DNA of 12,251 bases from Candidatus Methylomirabilia bacterium (lineage in GTDB: Bacteria > Methylomirabilota > Methylomirabilia > Rokubacteriales > CSP1-6), in NCBI GenBank assembly GCA_041492755.1, contig JBGPXN010000140.1:1-12251 (forward strand), read 5' to 3'. Within the stretch, counting starts at the first letter, position 1, and every line of letters starts with the position of its first letter. The position numbers and the translations under genes were made by a program. Below the pieces are notes generated by a model. The model was not told where the DNA came from, made no database searches, and saw only the letters and a program-made list of their open reading frames with translations. Positions 1-7,771 of the stretch are shown in pieces.

Positions 1-1005
1 CCGGCCGCGATCATCCCGATGTACTCGCCGGAGGAGGCCATCGAGGAGCTGGAGTTCGCGTCGCGGCAGCTGGGCTTGAAGGTCATCATGATGGGTGGCC
101 TCATCCGCCGCCCCATCCCCGCGCTCGTGGCAGAACACCCGGAGGCCTCGAAGTTCGTCGAGTGGTACGACGTGATCGGCATCGACAGCGAGCACGACTA
201 CGATCCGGTGTGGGAGAAGTGCCGCGAGCTGCGCATCGCGCCGAGCTTCCACAACGGCGCGCGCTCGATCCTGCTCCGCAACTCGCCGTCGAACTTCTGC
301 TACAACCACATCGGCCACTTCGCCTCCGCCGGCGAGGCCATGGCCAAGGCCCTCTTCTTCGGCGGCGTCACGCGGCGCTTCCCGGAGCTGAACTTCGCGT
401 TCCTGGAAGGCGGCGTGGGCTGGGCCTGCTCGCTCTACGCCGATCTCATCGGGCACTGGGAGAAGCGGAACCGGCAGGCCCTCGAGAACACGAGCCCGGA
501 GCGGCTCGACCGCCCGACGCTGCTCGCGCTGGCGCAGAAGTACGGGCAGCCCGCGGTGGTGGAGGCCGTGCGCCGCGGCGAGGGCCTGGACGACAACGGC
601 AATGGCACCGGCGGCGTCGAGGACCTCGACGACTACTCCCGCTGCAAGATCGCGGGCAAGGAAGACTTCCGCGATCTCTACGTCCGTCGCTTCTACTTCG
701 GCTGCGAGGCCGACGATCCGATCAACGCGTGGGCCTTCAATCGCAAAGCGAACCCGCTGAATTCGCGCCTCAACGCGCTCTTCAGCTCGGACATCGGCCA
801 CTTCGACGTCCCCGACATGACCGAGGTCGTCCCCGAGGCCTACGAGCTGGTCGAGCATGGGCTGCTCACGGAAGACGACTTCCGCGACTTCATGTTCACC
901 AACGCCGTGCGCTTCTGGGGCGAAGTGAACCCGGACTTCTTCAAGGGCACGGTGGTCGAGAAAGCGGCGGCGGAGGTGCTCGCTCAGCCGGTGGTTCGTG
1001 CATGA
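1..1005 (+). CDS. Amidohydrolase family protein (amidohydro_2-like TIM-barrel metallo-hydrolase), 5' end outside the window
   Basis: The frame is open from base 1 (PAAIIPMYSPEEAIEELE...) to TGA 1003-1005. Motifs: YDPVW..C.EL...PSFH, RRFPELNFAFLEGGVGW, FYFGCEADD and LFSSDIGHFD (beta-8 Asp). The ATG at 19 is probably internal. Confidence 0.88.
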   Translation, partial: PAAIIPMYSPEEAIEELEFASRQLGLKVIMMGGLIRRPIPALVAEHPEASKFVEWYDVIGIDSEHDYDPVWEKCRELRIAPSFHNGARSILLRNSPSNFCYNHIGHFASAGEAMAKALFFGGVTRRFPELNFAFLEGGVGWACSLYADLIGHWEKRNRQALENTSPERLDRPTLLALAQKYGQPAVVEAVRRGEGLDDNGNGTGGVEDLDDYSRCKIAGKEDFRDLYVRRFYFGCEADDPINAWAFNRKANPLNSRLNALFSSDIGHFDVPDMTEVVPEAYELVEHGLLTEDDFRDFMFTNAVRFWGEVNPDFFKGTVVEKAAAEVLAQPVVRA

Positions 1006-1046
1006 GCTGAGCGAGGCGGACCGGCACCCGTGCTTGGAGGAAACTC

Positions 1047-1850
1047 GTGACCGCAGAAGCCGCCTTCACGGAGGCATTCGTGGAGGCCGCGGGCGTCCGC
1101 ATCCAGCTCCGCCGCGGCGGCACCGGCGCGCCGTTGCTGGTTCTGCACGGCGAGCTGGGCGTCCCCGGCTGGCTCCGCGCGTACGAGCGGCTCGCCCGGC
1201 ACTTCACGGTGTACGTGCCGTCGCTGCCGGGCTTTGGCCAATCCGCGCGTCCGGACTGGATCGTCAGCGTGCGCGACCTGGCCGCCTGGGTGACCTGGTT
1301 CATTCGCGATCTGAAGCTGTCCCAGCCGCTGCCGGTCATCGGATCCTCGCTCGGCGGCTGGGTTGCGGCGGAGATCGCCACCATGAACGCCGGGCTCTTC
1401 ACGAAGATGGTGCTGGTGGGCGCGGCGGGCCTGCAGCCGGACGAAGGCCACGTCTGGGACTACTTCGTCCACTCCAATCAGGAAGCATTGGCCCAGGCGT
1501 TCTACGATCCGGCGAAATCACCGGAGTACGCGCGGTACTACGGGACGGCGTGGACGCCGGAGGACGAGACGCAGGCGGAGGGGAACCGGGAGATGGCGGC
1601 GCGTCTCCTCTGGAAGCCGTACATGCGGAGCCACACCCTCCCCGACTTGTTGCGCGGGATCGCCACGCCCACTCTCGTGGTGTGGGGACGTGAGGACGCG
1701 ATCATCCCGCTCAACGTGGGCCAGCGCTATGTGCGGGCGATTCCGGGAGCGACGGCGAACGTGCTGGACCGGTGCGGCCACCTGCCGGAAATGGAGCAGC
1801 CCGACGCGTTCGCGCAGGTGGTCCTGGATTTCCTCGCGCCCCACGCCTGA
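1047..1850 (+). CDS. Alpha/beta fold hydrolase with a Ser nucleophile
   Basis: GTG start with GGAGG at 1036-1040. Oxyanion motif LLVLHG, PSLPGFGQS, nucleophile elbow GSSLGG, acid loop VVWGREDAII and catalytic His in CGHLPEME. Confidence 0.92.
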   Translation: MTAEAAFTEAFVEAAGVRIQLRRGGTGAPLLVLHGELGVPGWLRAYERLARHFTVYVPSLPGFGQSARPDWIVSVRDLAAWVTWFIRDLKLSQPLPVIGSSLGGWVAAEIATMNAGLFTKMVLVGAAGLQPDEGHVWDYFVHSNQEALAQAFYDPAKSPEYARYYGTAWTPEDETQAEGNREMAARLLWKPYMRSHTLPDLLRGIATPTLVVWGREDAIIPLNVGQRYVRAIPGATANVLDRCGHLPEMEQPDAFAQVVLDFLAPHA

Positions 1851-1877
1851 AGCGACGTCCAGAGGAGGAGGCTCGCC

Positions 1878-3101
1878 ATGGTCAAGGAAGTCTACTTCTT
1901 CACCGAGATGGGATACACGGCGTACCCGCAAGACGAAGCGCGCCGGCTGGGCTACAACAACCTGATGTTTCCCAACGAGCATTTCAGCCCCGAGCGCGCT
2001 CAACAGCTCTACGCCATGTACTTCGACGAGCTGCTGTACGCGACGGAGACCGGCTTCGACGGCGTCATGATCAACGAGCACCACAACAACCCGCTCAGCA
2101 TGATGCCGTCGGTCAACGTGATCGGCGCCGCCCTGGCCAGAACCACGAGGAAGGGCCGGATCGTCTTTCTGGGCAACGTCCTCCCGATTCACGACAACCC
2201 GCTCCGGGTGGCCGAAGAGGTCGCCATGATCGACATCCTGTCCGGCGGGCGGGTGATCTGCGGCTTCGTGCGCGGTCTCGGCCAGGAAAGCATCGCCACC
2301 AACACCAATCCCATCTACAACCGCGAGCGGTTCGACGAAGCGCACGACGTGATCATCAAGGCCTGGACCACGCCCGGGCCCTTCCGCTGGGAGGGCCGGC
2401 ACTACGACTATCGCGTGGTCAATCCGTGGATGCGGCCCCTGCAGAAGCCCCATCCGCCGATCTGGATTCCCGGCGTGGTCAGCCCGGAGTCGGTCAGGTG
2501 GGCCGCCGAACACCGCTACCCATATGTGGCGCTCGCCCCGCCCCTCCACGTCATCGACGAGATTTACGACCTCTACGACGAGGTGGCGGCGGCACGGGGA
2601 TTCACGCCGACCTCGGAGCAGCGCGGCTATGTCATTCGCGTGAGCGTGGCGGATACGGACGAGAAGGCCTACGAGGAGGGCCGGCACTTCTTCTGGCAGC
2701 TCGGCACCTCCTTCGGGGTCGCGCCGCGACACTGGCTGGCGCCCCCGGGCTACATGAGCCGGGAGGCCGCGCACAGCCGGCGGCAACAGGCGCGGGTGGG
2801 CGTGACCAATATCACCCCCGGCGGACCAGCGCTCAGCTACGAGGAGGCGCATGCGACGTACCAGATCGTCTCGGGTAACCCCGACACCGTGATCGAGAAG
2901 CTCAAGCGCATCATCGACGTCGTCGACCCGGGATACATGGTGCTCTGGGGCCGCGAGGGTCTGATGTCCCACGAGGTCGCCGTGCACGGCATCGACTTGA
3001 TGACCCGGGAAGTCATCCCCGCCATCAAGGCGTATCAGGCGGCGCCACGAGGATCTTCCCGCTCCGCTCGCCCCGCTGAGCGTGAGCCAGCGCGGCCTTG
3101 A
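1878..3101 (+). CDS. LLM class (luciferase-like) flavin-dependent oxidoreductase/monooxygenase
   Basis: Strong SD AGAGGAGGAGG at 1861-1871. Motifs: GFDGVMINEHH, NPLRVAEEVAMIDILSGGR, RERFDEA, FRWEGRHY, PLQKPHPPIWIPG, GNPDTVIEKL and EVIPAIK. The last ~20 residues overlap the convergent MDR gene. Confidence 0.93.
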   Translation: MVKEVYFFTEMGYTAYPQDEARRLGYNNLMFPNEHFSPERAQQLYAMYFDELLYATETGFDGVMINEHHNNPLSMMPSVNVIGAALARTTRKGRIVFLGNVLPIHDNPLRVAEEVAMIDILSGGRVICGFVRGLGQESIATNTNPIYNRERFDEAHDVIIKAWTTPGPFRWEGRHYDYRVVNPWMRPLQKPHPPIWIPGVVSPESVRWAAEHRYPYVALAPPLHVIDEIYDLYDEVAAARGFTPTSEQRGYVIRVSVADTDEKAYEEGRHFFWQLGTSFGVAPRHWLAPPGYMSREAAHSRRQQARVGVTNITPGGPALSYEEAHATYQIVSGNPDTVIEKLKRIIDVVDPGYMVLWGREGLMSHEVAVHGIDLMTREVIPAIKAYQAAPRGSSRSARPAEREPARP

Positions 3102-4014
3102 TGTCCTCGATGCGGTAAACTTTCTCGACGGGCGCCGACAGCGTGCCCTTGGCAATCTGCGCGCCGAGGTCGGCGTAGATCGCGCGAACCTGCTCGAGCG
3201 AGCGGCGAGCCAGGAAGCGGCCGAGGATGAACCCGACCAGCGTCTGTCCGCCCGTGGTCAGCGCGGCGCGGGCCATCACCGGGTCCTCGCCGCTCATCGA
3301 GCCGTAGTTGCAGACGACACCGCCGTCGCCCAGGCACGACGACAGCCGCGCGGTCGCGCGCCCCGAGACGGCGTCGAGGCCGAGGCGGATCGGCGCGCCG
3401 CCGGTCGCCGCCCTTGCTTCGTCGGCCAGGTCCGGGCTGTCGACGGCGCAGGCGTCGGCGCCGAGCGCTTTCAACTCGCCGAACAGCGACTCACGCCGCA
3501 CCACGTTCATGGTCCTGATGCCACGTGCCCGGGCGAGCCGGATCACCAGGCGGCCGACCGCCGAGTTGGCGACGTTCTGGACGATCCAGTCGCCGGGCTT
3601 CAGGTCGACGAGGTCGGAAAGCAGCAGGAGCGCCGTCGCCGGGTTGATGCGGAGCATGGCGCCCTGCAGAACGTCGATGCCGGGCGGCACCGCGACGACG
3701 TCGTCGCTCTTCACGCGCCGCCTCTGGGTCCAGTTCTCGCGCTGCAGGTTGACGACGAGATCGCCGGGCTTGACGTGCGACACGCCGGCGCCCACCGCCG
3801 TGACGCGGCCGATGCACTCGGCGCCCGGGGTGGCCGGCAGCATTGGGCGCAGGCGATAGCTACCCCGGCACATCGAAACGTCGGCGGGATTGATGGGAAA
3901 AGCGAGGACGTCGAACACGACCTCGCCGGCATCCGGCGCGCCGAGGTCCGGGACCTCGACGCAGCGAACGACGTCTTCCGGCTGGCCGTACTTTTCGAGC
4001 ATCGCCTGTTTCAT
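3025..4014 (-). CDS. Zinc-independent MDR family oxidoreductase, 2-enoyl thioester reductase (ETR/MECR)-like
   Basis: ATG with an AAGGA SD just upstream. Motifs: PINPAD..GSY, PATPGAE, INPATA, QNVANSAVG, YGSMSG and C-terminal GKILV. The GHE catalytic-zinc motif and four-Cys structural-zinc cluster are absent. Confidence 0.88.
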   Translation of the reverse strand: MKQAMLEKYGQPEDVVRCVEVPDLGAPDAGEVVFDVLAFPINPADVSMCRGSYRLRPMLPATPGAECIGRVTAVGAGVSHVKPGDLVVNLQRENWTQRRRVKSDDVVAVPPGIDVLQGAMLRINPATALLLLSDLVDLKPGDWIVQNVANSAVGRLVIRLARARGIRTMNVVRRESLFGELKALGADACAVDSPDLADEARAATGGAPIRLGLDAVSGRATARLSSCLGDGGVVCNYGSMSGEDPVMARAALTTGGQTLVGFILGRFLARRSLEQVRAIYADLGAQIAKGTLSAPVEKVYRIEDIKAALAHAQRGERSGKILVAPPDTP

Positions 4015-4073
4015 GGTGTCCTTTCCCGGCTCGAGACGTTGGAGGGCCCGGGCGTGAAGTTGATTGCGGCGCT

Positions 4074-4688
4074 TCAGACCGCTCCGGACTCAGTGAGCGG
4101 AGCGGCATCCAGGTCGTCGAGGTGGGCGATGCAGTTGAGCAGGCGCACGCGCCACGGCGCTGGACAGTCGACGATCGTCAGCGACGTATTTTCCCAGCGC
4201 GGGGGCACCGTCTCCCCGTCGGCGAGGCTGAGATGCCGGGCGGCGAGCGAGCGGCACACGAGGCCGTGCGTCACCACGGCCAGGTGACCGTCGGTGGCCG
4301 CGGCCAGCTCTTGCACGCGCGCCCACGCTCGATCGACGCGCGCATGAAAGACCGGCCACGTCTCGCCGTTCGGCGGGGCGTAGTCTGGCGCGAACATGTC
4401 GAATCCGAGCTCGGCGTAGGGCGTGCCGCGGAGATTGCCGAAGTCTCGCTCCTGGAGCAGCGGCTCGAAGGCAAGGGGAACACCGGTCAGGCGGTGAAGC
4501 CGCTCGGCGGTGATTGCCGCGCGGGCGAAGTCGCTCGACACGATCCGCGCGACGCCGTCACCAGCGAGGCGGCGAGCCAGACGCTCGGCCTGCGCGACGC
4601 CGCGGAGTGAGAGCGGGCTGTCGGGATGCTGGACGACGCGCGAGGCATTGCCAACCGTCTCGCCGTGACGGATCAAGAAGATCGACAT
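4074..4688 (-). CDS. Histidine phosphatase (phosphoglycerate mutase-like) family protein
   Basis: Motifs: IFLIRHGET (RHG), PLSLRGVAQA, SSDFARA, LQERDFG, PPNGET and VVTHG. The start is ATG 4688 or the adjacent GTG 4691; there is no clear SD. Confidence 0.9.
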   Translation of the reverse strand: MSIFLIRHGETVGNASRVVQHPDSPLSLRGVAQAERLARRLAGDGVARIVSSDFARAAITAERLHRLTGVPLAFEPLLQERDFGNLRGTPYAELGFDMFAPDYAPPNGETWPVFHARVDRAWARVQELAAATDGHLAVVTHGLVCRSLAARHLSLADGETVPPRWENTSLTIVDCPAPWRVRLLNCIAHLDDLDAAPLTESGAV

Positions 4689-4736
4689 CACCCGAACCGC
4701 GTGAAGACTCGCCGCTCACTGTGCCGGCTCACCCGG

Positions 4737-4750
4737 AGAGTGTACACTCT
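4737..4750. promoter_or_regulatory. Perfect 14-bp palindrome AGAGTGTACACTCT in the divergent phosphatase/mazE intergenic region
   Basis: The sequence is exactly self-complementary, so it presents a TACACT (-10-like) hexamer on both strands. Function is inferred. Confidence 0.4.
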
Positions 4751-4778
4751 GACGGTTAGCGCGCCGAGCCGCCCCGGC

Positions 4779-4796
4779 GTATATTCAATGTGTATC
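4779..4796 (+). promoter_or_regulatory. Putative mazEF -10 element (TATATT 4780-4785) overlapping an autoregulatory operator
   Basis: AT-rich island GTATATTCAATGTGTATC immediately before the mazE SD (GGAGG 4802-4806). It contains the imperfect 7-1-7 inverted repeat ATATTCA-A-TGTGTAT (4781-4795). Confidence 0.55.
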
Positions 4797-4811
4797 CAGC
4801 CGGAGGTTTCC

Positions 4812-5054
4812 GTGCAGACCAAGATCCAGAAGTGGGGGAACAGTCTCGGGTTGCGGATCCCACGGACGGTTGCGGCCGAAGCTCGCGTGGCGGAAGGGTC
4901 GACGGTCGAGCTCTCGGTCGCGGGTGGCCGGCTCTTAGTCCGCCCGCTCCGCGTGCGGAAATACACCCTCAGCGAACTCCTCAAGAAAGTCACCCGGCGG
5001 AACCTGCACTCTGAGGTTGCGACCGGCGCTCCGGCCGGGCGCGAGGTCTGGTAG
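4812..5054 (+). CDS. mazE: MazE antitoxin (AbrB/MazE/SpoVT family), 80 aa
   Basis: GTG at 4812 follows GGAGG. The protein reads MQTKIQKWGNSLGLRIP...YTLSELL..VT..NLH.EV..G.P.GREVW, the classic MazE N- and C-terminal signatures. The ORF-track start at 4626 is an upstream over-extension. Confidence 0.95.
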   Translation: MQTKIQKWGNSLGLRIPRTVAAEARVAEGSTVELSVAGGRLLVRPLRVRKYTLSELLKKVTRRNLHSEVATGAPAGREVW

Positions 5055-5407
5055 TGGCCGCGCCATACGTTCCCGCACGCGGAGATCTCGGGTGGCTTCA
5101 GTTCACTCCCCAAGCGGGCCATGAGCAGGCGGGGCACCGCCCCGCCCTCGTGATTTCTCCAACCCCGTACAATCGCCGCGTCGGCCTCGCACTGTGCTGC
5201 CCGGTGACCTCGCAGGTGAAAGGGTATCCCTTCGAGATTCTGCTCCCGAGCGGTCTTGAGGTCGAGGGCGCGATCCTTTCGGATCAGATCAAGAGCCTGG
5301 ACTGGCGGGCGCGAAAGGCGAGGCGCATCGGGCGCGTACCCACTGACGTGCTCGCGGAGACGGTGGCGAAGATCCTTGCGCTGGTCAATCCTGACGAGGC
5401 CCGCTAA
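5054..5407 (+). CDS. mazF: MazF (PemK/MazF family) endoribonuclease toxin, 117 aa
   Basis: The GTG start overlaps the mazE TAG (TAGTG). The protein reads YVP..GD..W..F.PQAGHEQAGHRPALVISP..YN...G....CPVTSQVKGYPFE...ILSDQIKSLDWRAR. The catalytic Arg (GHRP) and Thr (CPVT) are present. Confidence 0.96.
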   Translation: MAAPYVPARGDLGWLQFTPQAGHEQAGHRPALVISPTPYNRRVGLALCCPVTSQVKGYPFEILLPSGLEVEGAILSDQIKSLDWRARKARRIGRVPTDVLAETVAKILALVNPDEAR

Positions 5408-6328
5408 CTCTTCCCCACCCAGCTTTGCGCGACGGTGCGGTGTTCCAGTGGCGTGTAAATGCTTCGGGCGAGGGCGAGGCTTCCGCTGATGCTCCCGTCG
5501 AGGACGCGCCCGCGGCTCACTGACTCGTCGGGGATCTCGCCCGGCCAGCCCCCGCCAATCAAGTAGGCGCCTCCGGCGAGCTGCTTGAGGCTGAGCCGGC
5601 CGCCGACGCGTCCCACGACCGGGACGAGGGCGGGCGTGCCGGGATCGGTGAGCAGCATCTGGAGTCCGCGCGCCGCCAGCGGGAGCTGAACACCGAGGGG
5701 AGCGAGGAGCCCGGCCGTCCACGCGCCGGCGGCAACGATGACGACGTCACACCGCGCGCTCGTGCCGGCTCAGGGCGACGCCGACGGCGCGGCCACGCCC
5801 GGCGAGGATCGAGGCGACGGCGACGCCCTCGTCGACACGCGCGTCGAGACGCCGGGCCGCCGCCGCGAACGCTTGGACGGTGGCGAGCGCGTCAGCCTGA
5901 CCGTCGATCGGGCAGTGGACACCACCCACCACCGCCGGCGACAAACCGGGCGCGATCTGCCGCGCGTCGCTCGCGTCGACCAGCTCGACGGACACGCCGT
6001 CGGCTCGCTGAGCCGCGCCGTCGGCGCGCGCCTCGGCGTGCGCGGCCGCGTTCTCCGCCACGCGCAGACCGCCGCCGCGCCGATAGCCCGTCGAGCCCTC
6101 GAGCTCGCGGTCGAGGTCGGGCCACTGCGCGAGACTCGCGAGCGCCATCGCGCGCTCGGCAGGGTCACGGCCCATCGCCCGCACCCCGGCCGCGCTCGCC
6201 CCCGACGCACCGGCTCCGACCGCGGTGCGCTCGAGCACGGTCACGCGTGCTGTCCGATCGGCGCGGCGCAGATGCCACGCCGCGCTGAGCCCGATCAGCC
6301 CGCCACCGATGACGACGATCGACGGCAC
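5404..6328 (-). pseudogene. DAO-family FAD-dependent oxidoreductase (glycine/sarcosine oxidase beta-like), frameshifted and 3'-truncated
   Basis: Frame 1 (from 6328) has IVVIGGGLIGLSAAWHL, VLER..VGAGASGASAAGVR and DGQAD, and stops at 5749-5747. Family similarity continues in another frame from about 5766 (GTSARCDVVIVAAGAWT..LL..LGVQLPL...QMLLTDP...YLIGGG...VAQSWVG) and ends at TAG 5406-5404. The usual C-terminal segment (TPD..PIIG, G..G.G) is missing. Confidence 0.85.
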
Positions 6329-6343
6329 GTCAGCCGTCCCGCG

Positions 6344-7771
6344 CTATGACTCGAGCGGCCGGCGCGCGGCCCATGGACGGAGCATCTCGAACGTCGCGGC
6401 GGCGCGGAGCACCAGCGCGTCTTCCAGGCGGCGGCCGACGATCTGCAAACCAACGGGCAGGCCGCTTGCCGTCCAGCCGGCGGGGACGGAGACGGCGGGC
6501 TGGCCGCTGTAGTTGAACGGGTAGCAGAGGGTCCAGCCGAGGTGAGTCACCTCGCGGCCGGCGACTTCGCGAGGGCCGACGAGGCCAAGCGGGAAGGCCG
6601 GCATGGAGAGTGAGGGAGTCAGCAGCAGATCGTACCGCTCGAAGAACTTCCGCAGCGCATCCACCATCGTCTGACGGGCCATCAGCGCCTTGAGATACTC
6701 CACCACGGTCAGCTCGGCCGACGCTTCGGCGTACGCCACCAGCTCCGGATCCATCTGCGCCTTCTGTTCCTTCGGCCGCGCGGCGTGGGCGCCCGCCTGA
6801 GCGCCGCCGTACAGCGTCTTCAAGATCGAGCTCGGATCGCCGATGTCGGGGCTTGCCTCGTCGACGTCGACGCCCGCATCCGCGAACGCGCGCGCAGCGG
6901 CCGCGCACATTTCCCGCGTCTCGGCTTCGACCGGAGCGAAGCCGAGGTCCGGCGACCAGGCCATCCGGATGCGCGCGCCACCGCGCGGTGCGACGAGGGG
7001 CTCGTCGCACGCGGCCACGTAGTCGACGCCGTCGTCGGGCAGCGCAAACGGATCGCGCCGGTCGTAACCGGCGATCACGTTCAGCATCAGCGCCACGTCA
7101 CGCACGGTGCGGGCGAGCGGACAGACGTGGGCGACGAGCTCGTGACCTCCCGCGGCCGGATACATCGGCACGCGCCCGAACGTCGGCTTCAGGCCGACGA
7201 GACCGCAGAAGCTGGCCGGGATGCGGATCGAGCCGGCGCCGTCGGAGCCGAGCGCCAGTGGTCCGAGCCCGGCCGCCACCGCGGCCGCTCCGCCGCCGGT
7301 CGACCCGCCGGGCGTGCGCGTCACGTCCCAGGGATTGCGCGACTCGCCGAACAGCCGGTTGTCGGTCGAGCCGCGCCAGGCGAACTCCGGCAGATTCGTC
7401 CGGCCGACGAAGATCGCGCCGGCCGCGCGCAAGCCCGCCACGCTGGCGGTGTCCTCCGGCGCGACGAACTCCGCCAGCAGTCGCGAGCCGAACGTGGTGC
7501 GGTCGCCGGCCGTCCACAGATTGTCCTTGATCGAGACCGGCACGCCGTGAAGCGGGCCCAGCGGCTGGCCCGTCATCACCGACTGCTCGGCGTGCCGCGC
7601 TTGTTCCAGCGCTCGTTCGGCGTGGACGAGGACGTAAGCGCCGAGGCGCCCGTTCAGCCGCTCGATCCGCTCGAGCACGGCGCGCGTGATCTCGACGGGC
7701 GACAGCACGCGGCGGCGGATCAGGTGCGCCAGCTCGACGGCGGGGGTGAAGCAGAGATCCGTGGCGGTCAC
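6344..7771 (-). CDS. Amidase signature family enzyme (Ser-cisSer-Lys triad), 475 aa
   Basis: GTG at 7771 overlaps the upstream TGA (GTGA). Motifs: GPLHGVPVSIKD, VGRTNLPEF, NPWD..RTPGGSTGG, GSDGAGSIRIPASFCGLVGLKPTFGRVP and PFNYSGQPAVSVP..GLPVGLQIVG. No gatB/gatC neighbours are present, so I do not call it gatA. Confidence 0.93.
   Translation of the reverse strand: MTATDLCFTPAVELAHLIRRRVLSPVEITRAVLERIERLNGRLGAYVLVHAERALEQARHAEQSVMTGQPLGPLHGVPVSIKDNLWTAGDRTTFGSRLLAEFVAPEDTASVAGLRAAGAIFVGRTNLPEFAWRGSTDNRLFGESRNPWDVTRTPGGSTGGGAAAVAAGLGPLALGSDGAGSIRIPASFCGLVGLKPTFGRVPMYPAAGGHELVAHVCPLARTVRDVALMLNVIAGYDRRDPFALPDDGVDYVAACDEPLVAPRGGARIRMAWSPDLGFAPVEAETREMCAAAARAFADAGVDVDEASPDIGDPSSILKTLYGGAQAGAHAARPKEQKAQMDPELVAYAEASAELTVVEYLKALMARQTMVDALRKFFERYDLLLTPSLSMPAFPLGLVGPREVAGREVTHLGWTLCYPFNYSGQPAVSVPAGWTASGLPVGLQIVGRRLEDALVLRAAATFEMLRPWAARRPLES

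Noticed and set aside
4721..5772. 11-bp direct repeat GTGCCGGCTCA at 4721-4731 and 5762-5772 flanking mazEF, the second copy at the DAO frameshift
   Set aside because: DAO homology runs continuously across the second copy, so the pair cannot be a simple target-site duplication. An 11-mer of this GC content can recur by chance in 12 kb.
6326..6346. Amidase TAG is in frame with the DAO GTG five codons later (possible read-through fusion)
   Set aside because: In-frame arrangement has a one-in-three chance. The amidase ends at its normal C-terminus, DAO has its own weak SD (GGGA), and no recoding signal is visible.
6344..7771. Calling the amidase gatA
   Set aside because: There is no gatC or gatB nearby and the context is catabolic. 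Only the generic amidase signature is supported.
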